NCBI RefSeq assembly: GCF_002113885.1
Contig: NW_018480076.1
Coordinates: 525,584 to 589,583, forward strand
Origin: Mizuhopecten yessoensis
Taxonomy: Eukaryota
Direction of reading: 5' to 3'
Length of the DNA stretch: 64,000 bases
The notes under the pieces were generated by a model. The model worked only from the letters and a program-made list of their open reading frames with translations. It had not been told where the DNA came from and made no database searches. This document shows positions 14,440-24,963 of the stretch, one piece after another. Position numbers and translations under genes: made by a program. The first letter of the stretch is position 1; each line of letters starts with the position of its first letter.

Positions 14440-16456
14440 CTTTTCTAGGAGGGTTTTATCAAAGCAATAGCATACAGTTGTGAATACAATATAGCGTATA
14501 TTTCTGCACATTTGGAGCATTAATTTGAAGAGTTTATATTATGTAGAAATAATTTGTGTTACGAGTAGTTCTTAACCATACTTTAAATAAAATAAAAACA
14601 GCAACTGGATCACTCGACTACATGCTAGTATTATTACAATGAATTTTATGTTAATGTTTTTTTTAATGTTCTGTGTTGAATGATTGAATAAGTATTGCAG
14701 TTGTTTGTACATGTATCACCTATTTTAATTAATCGTTCCGATATATCTTCCCTATAAGTAGATGCAGTATTTTCCTTTATATTCACAATGGCGTCCCTGT
14801 TCCATGAGGCGTGTTGATGCAGATTTCCCTACTTATACTAGTACAAGCTTTATACATATCTAATTTGACCTCTTGCGATTCTGGTAATTTCCATTAGTGC
14901 ATCATATTGTTAAGTTTATAAATACATAGTGCGTTATCCAGACGGAAAACAAAATATATAATGCATGTATCTGGAGCTAAAGTAAACCTGTGTTTTCCAT
15001 TGATTGGCTGTGTTTTAATAAATAAGTTAGTAATAGATGAAAATATTGTACATTATAATGCCATACAAACGAACGGTGGTATTAAAATGTATGAGCTGCG
15101 ACAGTTGGGTCTCTGGTGGTGTCTGTCGTACTAAAACTACAAACGAGTTGTCGTATAATTCATAGCTCTATATGACAAAGTCACGTGGCGCGTCGTTAGT
15201 ACATCACATCAACTATGTCAATATGGTCAAACAAAGACTTGTCACAACCATGTCACATAAATCTGTGCCAATTCGGACCACTCAATTCCCAGGTGATCGT
15301 TAGAGCTGGCCGGGGTCAAGCTGGATACAGCAGAAAATCGGTCAATATCGTCTAATAATGCCCCGTAAATGTGGTGCTATTATTGATATTTGAAGCTTGA
15401 TTGCTCGTTCCCCCGGGATCACGAGACGTCCCTGACACCTTGCCGTAATGAGGCATGTCATACGTATGTCCATTTAGAAATTGAAATTTTCAGTATCCAA
15501 GATAGAAGTTCACGACTTGGCCATTGACATATGCTATCGACAATTCGTATGAAAACGGAAATTGAAATGTTTCCTGTTAATGCGTTATGATTCAGTTCTT
15601 GTAACATTAAAATATGACACTTTGGGTTGATTTTTACGTGCTGTAGAGATAGATAGCAAATGAAAATTATGCAATTATATAAAATGAATTCATAAATACT
15701 CGTTTCAACTTCGGAGGACATCATTAATCGTTTCTACCGAAGCAATAAATTATCAGTAATGAGAGCGCAACATCTGCTGGGAAATAAAGCTGAAAGGCTT
15801 TTCATGTCACAAAGAACTCGTTTAAATTCGAATATACGAAATTGTAATACTTAAAACGTCATACCGTATATCTCATGGATCTTGAAAGTGATTGAAGGAG
15901 TGTTCAATAAAGAATAAGTGTCATGTGATAATGACATATATAAAATGATACCATCCTTCGTGAGTATAGTGACGCCGACTTATCACGCATGATTTATGCC
16001 AAAAATGTATTCGTTGCGAACGTCGTAATACCGAAGTGGGACCTAGCGGGATATTTTCGACCTTTGTAATTCTGCTATGTAGACCACAAGTATCACATGA
16101 TAATGATTTATAAGAAAAGAGATATTTCATAATGTTACTGACACCGCTATAACTATCATTATGTATGTCCCTACGAACGTCATCATTCCAAACTTGGACC
16201 TGGCGAGGTCTTGTAGATTGCTGTAAATAAGCTTTTGTGACCGCTAAAAATTGTTATGTGAAGACACTGCGTCATTTGATATGCTGTTAATGTACATATT
16301 TAAGCGAAGTCTTATTTTAGCGCTTAAGATATTGTGTTAAAATACAACTACGCCAAAAGAGTCCCTATATACTGTTTTCTATTGTATATTTTGTGGACAC
16401 GCCAATTAATCAATGTGCTACATAATCTGTTCAAATTCGATAAGGCTCCAAAACGA

Positions 16457-16800
16457 CATCCTCGATATCCAGGGGTTTCGCTCACTTTCGCTCTCTACAC
16501 CCCTGGAATATGTCATAGCAAAATCGATGGCTCAATGTGCAGCACCTTGCGGATGAGACGAGAAGACTACTTTGGTCCTTTGATGTCCATCAAAAGACCC
16601 TCGCGGTCTCGTAACGGTAAAAATTGACAGCCTTTAAAGTCGGGCATCGCTCACTTGTAATCTTCAAAGGACAAGTATCAGCCTCGTGATTGGTCAGGTT
16701 TTACCAATCAAATTGCTGGCCGCATGCCTTCAATTTTGCTATGACATATTCCATTGGTGTAGAGAGCGAACGTGAGCGTAACCCCTGGATATCGAGAATG
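16457..16800. mobile_element. Non-autonomous DNA transposon (MITE), 344 bp, long imperfect TIRs, perfect 8-bp TSD CAAAACGA (hAT-type TSD length)
   Basis: TIR CATCCTCGATATCCAGGGG...CCCCTGGATATCGAGAATG extends ~70 bp; CAAAACGA at 16449-16456 and 16801-16808. Confidence 0.9.
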
Positions 16801-17453
16801 CAAAACGAACGCGCTGCATAAACACGTGCAAGTCTTCAATTATCTTTGTGTGGGGTCAGGTGAAATGATTGTGTTGTTAGAACTTGCTAACAATACTGAC
16901 GACATTGGTGTTATTGAAAAAGATCTCTATGTCAGAGCTAAATAGACCAAGCTGTGTTTTACACGATGAAGTAGGTAAATACATTATTGATCTGATTGTT
17001 CTAATGAAGTTGTGTTTTGAATATGTTTCTAGTTTTCGTAATAGATTTTGTTCTAAATGTTATTTGACGTCCATTCCCTAAACCCTATTCGAGAGGGTCG
17101 CAGAACCGATTGCACATGCAGCTCATATTGACCGTTCAAAAGAAATAAGCATATCTAATCTTTGTAAAATCTGATTAAACTGGGAAAAGCGTGACTACTT
17201 TTGTTTTGAGCAAATGTATGTAAGACGAGCATTGGACTCGTATACGCGTATTATATGAATTGTGCGACAACTTGCTGAAAATACAAAGCTTACAGACAAC
17301 AGTAGGATAGAAGAAACCATACACAGATAGTGTTTCCATATCAGGAATATAAAACATTGATATGATGATAATAGGAATATTTGTATACATACATTTTTGT
17401 CATACCAAAACCTATTCCGACTACTCTGTTCACGAGTGTCAAATAAAATAAGA

Positions 17454-17712
17454 GGCCCGTATTCATAAAACTGTTCTCGTGCTCAAGCACGATTTCTGTG
17501 CTCAATCCGACTTTCTTGTAACCTCTTTAAATCACGTGACATATTCAAAAAGTCAAGTTAAAAAATTGAAAACAATATTCAGCTCAAAGTCTTTTAAAAT
17601 TTCTTACGTAACATTAAAGATTATTTTATAAATTTATCAATGGCACAAGAAATTGGGCTTGAGCAGAGAATCTGCGTTTGACCATGAGAACGGTTTTTAA
17701 AAAATACGGGCC
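17454..17712. mobile_element. MITE with GGCCCGTATT...AATACGGGCC termini and ~65-bp imperfect TIRs
   Basis: Inverted terminal and subterminal repeats (GTTCTC/GAGAAC, GCTCAA/TTGAGC, TTTCTTGT/ACAAGAAA); no clear TSD; superfamily not assigned. Confidence 0.8.
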
Positions 17713-19544
17713 ATGGTCAGCACACGTGAAGATATTTTGGTAAATATATGGAATTATATAAAGATCCATCGTATTTTACAACAACTTTTTTTTGCTAGCT
17801 GGAAAATCGCAAGCTATGTTAAAATAATCAGAGCTGGGTTGTATAGCCTTTGATTAATTTATCTTTTTAACAATTTAACAGGTTTATAGAATATTTGTTA
17901 AGCTTTAGGAAATATCAATTAATTACATCAGCATGGTTTCATGTCGCAACACTACATCCATTATTAACATGTTAACAACCTGACCGGTAACAGACTTCCT
18001 CAAACCAGGCGCAGCACTCTATACCTGGACTAATTAGTAAACCTGCTACAGAGGCTGACAACCTTAGCTGAAGTGTAGAGAACCAGTTATGTACGGCTAT
18101 GATTAATCTTGTAGATATATTTGTTAACACCTGAGATTCGCGAGACAAACACGGATTAATTAAACATGAAAGGATGTCTCCAGGCTTTACACAGGTAAGG
18201 GTATCGTTGTTTAGTACTCAGTTATTAAAAAAACTTACAATGACAGTTATTCAAAAGAGTAGGCTAAAAATCACATCCACAAAATGAGCCACAAGTTTAT
18301 GGATATTTATATATAAGTTATATATATATAATAAAAACATCTTTTTTTCAGATCGTCCGCCATATTATATATATTCATAAAAAATATTAATGCTTAATCA
18401 AGACACAATACAAAATCGAATACTCGAGTAGAGGTAAATTTCATTTGACCTGGACTACATAACGGATGTCGTCGATGAAGCGCTTACCCTTCCTGAACGC
18501 ATGGTCGTATTCCCCTTGCACATTTTTAAGGGTCTCAATATTAATCTTTTCTTTTTTGATATTTTGCCCTAAATTTTTTTTATCGATTTTGAGTTTGAAT
18601 TCCGGTCCTGTTGACACTTCCGTATTCTCTTTCTCTCTGTCTTTAGAATACGTTTCCGTGAAGCTGTTCCATCATTTACCTTATCAAACAATGTTTTTAA
18701 TTTACATTTATTCTTCACTAAAACAAATCTTATGGAAATTAATTTTTGGGGTTAATTTTTGTGTGAAGTGCTCAAATAAATCATTGACGAACCTGCAATC
18801 TCCCACATTCAAGTAAAAGATATTTAAAAAGTTTAAGCGGAAGTTTGCTTGTAATCCACATCCGACGCTGAATGAAAGCAAAATTTGGCCCATTGGGATG
18901 GCAACCAAGCATATTCCTTCTATTTCATCTTACGAAATGGTGAAAGCTTTAACATGCAAACGGAAATCGTTAGTGTTGGCAAAAGTAAAAGGGACATTAC
19001 CAAGGGCAGAAGATGATCCACATAATTGTTATAGTAACTGTATCTCGATCTCTTTTTGAAGCCGACTGCTCTGAAAATGATGCATGGCCGTTCTCTGTAG
19101 TTTTAGATTTCCCTGTGGGACAGTTTCATCATCATTACGTTGTTGTTGTTTTTATTATGAAACATCGATTCTTTGGCATTTTACTTTTATTGTTTAGATA
19201 GAGTGGCATTGCGCAACGTTATGAAATTCTGTGTTGAAGGTTCCGAACAAGATCAATGGAAATTGATTTCAATCCGTGGTATCTGTTGATTAGCTGTGGT
19301 TCTAAGGCAACGGCCAGGCTAACAGCAATCCTTTGGTTCAATAAACACTTTTGCGTAATAGCTAATTCTACTTAATGGAAGAATGTTTCTATTTATATCA
19401 ATTGACATTTGATTTTTTTATACATTGTTAATTGATGGATTCCATTTGTAAAAAGGAAAACAATATTTATATGTTCTGGTTTATAGACAAAACCTGAATG
19501 GTATGGTAAACATAGGAATCAGGCATTCTTAATTTCAATTTGCT

Positions 19545-19966
19545 TATATACCATAACGCTTATCTACTACGGCAAGTCAACATGTATTGCCCTTACCGTA
19601 AGGGAACACGATACTTTGTTTCCCCGAGGTCAATCATGTTTAATATGATTAATCGAGGAGAATCAATGAATCGTGATTCTCTACTGCAAGGGCATTAGAT
19701 GTTATATTATATTGAAAAAATACAAATCAAAAGCAATAACACAATAGTAAATATGATCAGGGTAACGCGTCATTGTTGTCGTCTGCTTTCGTCGTCCGGA
19801 ACTACGTCGTAGTGGGTCTTGCATATTATGCTAGAGAGGCTACGAATAAGGAAAGCATGATGGTGAAAACTTGAGCGCATGAGGACAACATGCTGTTTTA
19901 TTACCCCGTCATGTGACCAGTATCGTCCAATCAGACACGCTTACATAAAATGAGGTATACTAATAA
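19545..19966. mobile_element. Degenerate non-autonomous element with a subterminal hairpin (19579-19705); same layout as 40110-40467
   Basis: Imperfect inverted arms around CCCCGAGG...CGAGGAG, then a tail with CATGTGACC...CCAATCAG ending in TACTAATA. Confidence 0.55.
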
Positions 19967-20747
19967 TAGATTTACTACATAAAGTGGATATACTTACACT
20001 TCAAAACTATCTCATATGGTAAAAAATATGTATACGAGATATCTTAAAAACAATTATGAGATTTGTTCTCATCCTAATTATATGATATATCTCTATTACA
20101 TTTTAAGATATCTTTATTTGATTTGGAAATATTTTGAATTCGCTAAAGGTTGTAAAGATATGCATATTGGTTTATCTGACACGTAATCTCTGTTTACGTC
20201 TTATAAAAACAGGTACTAATCGTCCTTCATCATTACTAACGAGTGCCAAAGTAATACTATTTGTACATGCGGAAGCGGACAGTCGGTTGAGTCTCTGTCA
20301 GCTGTTTGTTTATCGACGTATATCGCTTCTTTAAATATCAGATGATTGATTGGTGAGATACACACCCTCCCACGCCTATCTCTATTGACGTAAGAGTCGA
20401 CAGACACTCTAATTTACAAAGGTAGCAATACACCTGTCACTGGCATTCGCGTTGGAATAAATTGTGCTAATCAATAGACACTACCGACTGTGTGCCGAGA
20501 TAATAAAAAGCTTCAGACTATCTCAGAAACACTTGTAAAAGAAAAGATGGATATTTCAGGATGTGTTAAATTTCTCGCAGAAATATTTTGTTTTTGTTTC
20601 AGCAAACTACAGTTTCTATTGAACATGCTTTAGTCACTTTAAGTGTGTGAATAGTGTGCAATGTGCATAGATGTCACACGAAAACTCTATTGTTTTATAA
20701 CCATTATATCAAGCCATCGTATAGCACAACTATCATTTATTGTTAAC

Positions 20748-22772
20748 GTTGTGTCCAGTTTGGCCATGTTGTTGTGTAGAGCGTTGTTGTGTAGAGCGTT
20801 GTTGTGTCGAGTGTTGCTCCATTGTGTATATAATGTAGTAAAGATGTGTCCAGTTTGGCCTTGTTGTTGTGCAGAGCGTGGTTGTGTAGAGCGTTGCTCC
20901 ATTATGTTTATAGTGTTGTTAAGTTGTGTCCAGCTTGGCCTTGTTTTTCTGCAAAGCGTTGTTGTGTCGAGCGTTGCTCCATTGTGTATATAGTGTTGTT
21001 AAGTTGTGTCCAGTTTGGCCTTGTTGTTGTGCAGAGCGTGGTTGTGTAGAGCGTTGCTCCATTGTGTTTATAGTGTTGTTAAGTTGTGTCCAGCTTGGCC
21101 TTGTTGTTGTGCAGAGCGTTGTTGTGTCGAGCGTTGCTCCATTGTGTATATAGTGTTGTTAAGTTGTGTCCAGTTTGGCCTTGTTGTTGTGCAGAGCGTT
21201 GTTGTGTCGAGCGTTGTTCCATTGTGTATATAATGTAGTAAAGATGTGTCCAGTTTGGCCTTGTTGTTGTGCAGAGCGTTGTTGTGTAGAGCGTTGTTGT
21301 GTCGAGCGTTGCTCCATTGTGTATATAATGTAGTAAAGATGTGTCCAGTTTGGCCTTGTTGTTGTGCAGAGCGTTGTTGTGTCGAGCGTTGTTCCATTGT
21401 GTATATAATGTAGTAAAGATGTGTCCAGTTTGGCCATGTTGTTGTGCAGAGCGTTGTTGTGTAGAGCGTTGTTGTGTCGAGCGTTGCTCCATTGTGTATA
21501 TAATGTAGTAAAGATGTGTCCAGTTTGGCCTTGTTGTTGTGCAGAGCGTTGTTGTGTCGAGCGTTGTTCCATTGTGTATATAATGTAGTAAAGATGTGTC
21601 CAGTTTGGCCATGTTGTTGTGCAGAGCGTTGTTGTGTAGAGCGTTGTTGTGTCGAGCGTTGCTCCATTGTGTATATAATGTAGTAAAGATGTGTCCAGTT
21701 TGGCCTTGTTGTTGTGCAGAGCGTTGTTGTGTCGAGCGTTGTTCCATTGTGTATATAATGTAGTAAAGATGTGTCCAGTTTGGCCATGTTGTTGTGCAGA
21801 GCGTTGTTGTGTAGAGCGTTGTTGTGTCGAGCGTTGCTCCATTGTGTATATAATGTAGTAAAGATGTGTCCAGTTTGGCCTTGTTGTTGTGCAGAGCGTT
21901 GTTGTGTCGAGCGTTGTTCCATTGTGTATATAATGTAGTAAAGATGTGTCCAGTTTGGCCATGTTGTTGTGCAGAGCGTTGTTGTGTAGAGCGTTGTTGT
22001 GTCGAGCGTTGCTCCATTGTGTATATAATGTAGTAAAGATGTGTCCAGTTTGGCCTTGTTGTTGTGCAGAGCGTTGTTGTGTCGAGCGTTGTTCCATTGT
22101 GTATATAATGTAGTAAAGATGTGTCCAGTTTGGCCATGTTGTTGTGCAGAGCGTTGTTGTGTAGAGCGTTGTTGTGTCGAGCGTTGCTCCATTGTGTATA
22201 TAATGTAGTAAAGATGTGTCCAGTTTGGCCTTGTTGTTGTGCAGAGCGTTGTTGTGTCGAGCGTTGTTCCATTGTGTATATAATGTAGTAAAGATGTGTC
22301 CAGTTTGGCCTTGTTGTTGTGCAGAGCGTGGTTGTGTAGAGCGTTGTTGTGTCGAGTGTTGCTCCATTGTGTATATAATGTAGAAAAGATGTGTCCAGTT
22401 TGGCCTTGTTGTTGTGCAGAGCGTTGTTGTGTCGAGCGTTGTTCCATTGTGTATATAATGTAGTAAAGATGTGTCGAGTTTGGCCTTGTTGTTGTGCAGA
22501 GCGTGGTTGTGTAGAGCGTTGTTCCATTGTGTATATAATGTAGTAAAGATGTGTCCAGTTTGGCCTTGTTGTTGTGCAGAGCGTTGTTGTGTCGAGTGTT
22601 GCTCCATTGTGTATATAATGTAGAAAAGATGTGTCCAGCTTGGCCTTGTTGTTGTGCAGAGCGTTGTTGTGTCGAGCGTTGCTCCATTGTGTATATAGTG
22701 TTGTTAAGTTGTGTCCAGTTTGGCCTTGTTGTTGTCCAGAGCGTTGTTGTTTCGAGCGTTGTTCCATTGTGT
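20748..22772. repeat. Minisatellite of 80-bp monomers with a central higher-order repeat of seven 175-bp (95+80) dimers
   Basis: Unit starts at 21221, 21316, 21396, 21491, 21571 ... 22446 alternate 95/80 bp; flanking units are 80 bp. Confidence 0.95.
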
Positions 22773-23837
22773 GTGTTGTTTCGTCATGAACTGTAACTTT
22801 GCAATTGTATTTTAAACTATTTTTGTTAGAGAGGTTTAATTCCCGGAATGAATAATGACATATTTATGTGCGGTAAAACAAGCACGAAAAAGATAAATAC
22901 TGAGGCACATATGATATAAATTACTGTACGTAGGTCAGATAAATTTACAATCAACTCTGTAAGAGGAAATCGAAGCGTAAATGTTTGGTAATCTGCGGTA
23001 CACATACCGTTCTATCTAGTTACTGTAAACAAAACGTTTATAAAACGTCCTTTAATCGTGCCGACAAGTCATCATTTACCCACGACAAAACCCCCGCTTA
23101 TATACGACCAACATTGAGTACATATTTGACAATAGATTTATTTCTTCTATTGATTAATTTTAGTATGTCCCTCTGGAATACATCGGTTGGCAATAGGTTC
23201 TACATCAGTTGTTATCTATGTGACATTTGACATTGAAGGTTTAGTATAACCCACAATAAACCTCCCCCTACAATCGTTCAATGGGTCGTTGTAATGTTTA
23301 GAACACATCGTATGCCCATTATTGCATTATCGGGGTTGTCTTTCATGTCTCGCTCTGTTTGGAGAATGTAATACCAGATGCTTTGTGTAAGCCATGCAGC
23401 TAGTGTATTCCCGATATTGGTTGGTTTAGGGTCCAACGCTGTACTGGGATTGACGTAATTCGGACAACAGTAGCAATCGATTACAATAGCGGTGTATATT
23501 TAAGGTTATTAAATATATTTAGGTACCAGATGATTTAATGGGATTGTCATGTAGGGCCTATACGTGGTCGGGACGGACGTAATTAATGATGTAGTATCAC
23601 CAACATTATCATACTTCTTGAACTCGGTAACACACCGAAACCTCAGCGATTCAATCACACAATTAATGCCTTGCTATAATCTTATTTTCAGTTCATTACC
23701 GGCAGATGTCACAATAACGGTAGAATGTTGGACCGTTGGACATACTCGGGAGCGAAATGTGACCCCATGGACAGTATCAAGCACAAGAGGATGTCAGAAA
23801 CATAATTCCAGAGTGTTCTACGTCACAGCAATCCGAG

Positions 23838-24740
23838 ATGACTAGCCAATACATACCTCCGAGCTCCAACAGAAGCGACCTAGAACTCATCATGGCAGAA
23901 CCGTCATCCTTTACTCTTCCCGCCATTTGTAACTATTCTTACTTTGAAGATCGAGACAATGAGACTTTCGGAACTCACCACAGTGGCGCTACTATTATAT
24001 CCCCAGTGTTAATGGGCTCCGCGGGGATCATTGGAAACATCTTGGCACTTTATGTGCTCCACAAGAATAAAAGTTCCTCTGTTTTTTATACACTAGTGGC
24101 AGGATTAGCCTGGACGGATTTGTCCGGAATTATCCTAACTTCCCCTGTCACCATTCTGGCTTACAGCAATGGTCGGAAATGGGTCGGAGGAGATATATTG
24201 TGTAAATTTAACGGTTTTGTGATGATATGTTTCGGACTATCAACTCCACTTATCGTGTGTGCAATGGCTATAGAGAGATTTCTAGCCATAAAATACGCTT
24301 TCATACATTCCCAACGATGTAATTATGGCTGCGCACGGATTATTCTAATAGCGTTGTGGATTGTCGTGCTGCTATTTGGAGTTCTCCCCCTCTTTGGAAT
24401 CGGTACTTACACGGTACAGTACCCTTGCACGTGGTGCTTTCTAGATTTCCATAGTAATAACCCAATTGCTAATTCATATGGTTATCTTTACGCTTCTGTT
24501 AATCTCGCAGTTGTGCTAATAATGACGTCATGTAATTGCTACGTCATGTTTGCCCTGTTACGGGTAAGGTGGTTGAAAAGAGTTGCAATATCTCAAAATG
24601 GAAACTTAGAAGTGTGTGAACTTAATGGTGGGAGAAGGTATCGGCGGAAAAAGAAAAACCAGCGGGATATTGAGCTACAGATGATTATATTGATGTGTGT
24701 GCTTACCACGGTGTTCGGCATGTGTTGGGCTCCGCTAATG
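23838..24740 (+). CDS. Prostanoid receptor (prostaglandin E2 receptor EP4-like), class A GPCR; first coding exon, N-terminus to TM6 (301 codons)
   Basis: Prostanoid receptor motifs GNILAL (TM1), FYTLVAGLAWTDL (TM2), MAIERFLAI (TM3), GxYxVQYPxTWCF (ECL2), CWAPL (TM6). N-glycosylation sequons NRS, NYS, NET. Donor ATG|GTAAGT at 24741. An upstream acceptor TTATTTTCAG ending 23691 suggests the exon starts at 23692. No symbol given because one-to-one orthology to PTGER4 is not established. Confidence 0.95.
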
Positions 24741-24963
24741 GTAAGTATACACGTCTTTTTCCTATGTGAATGAATGTATGCGGTTGATTGGTAAAATCGT
24801 TAAAAATACATTTTTTAGTTCTGTAAATATTTAAAATTGCGATTTGAAAATGTATATGAAATACATATACGTCAATAATACTATACATTGGAGCGGTATC
24901 ACGCATCCCCTGTGTCTACGAAAAAAACGTCTACTAGTCATCGTTATTGTATATACATGTATT

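Noticed and set aside
21068-22767. Three overlapping 480-560 aa minus-strand ORFs
   Set aside because: Translations of the minisatellite. The core unit has no minus-strand stops and 175 is not divisible by 3, so all frames give the same rotating peptide. No sign of a real gene.
23564-23845. 93-aa ORF overlapping the receptor start
   Set aside because: Starts at GTG, is in a different frame, crosses the predicted acceptor, and has no recognisable features.
24741-24773. ORF-track C-terminus VSIHVFFLCE* giving a 311-aa six-TM receptor
   Set aside because: Read-through into the intron past a consensus GTAAGT donor; TM7 is in the exon at 37173.
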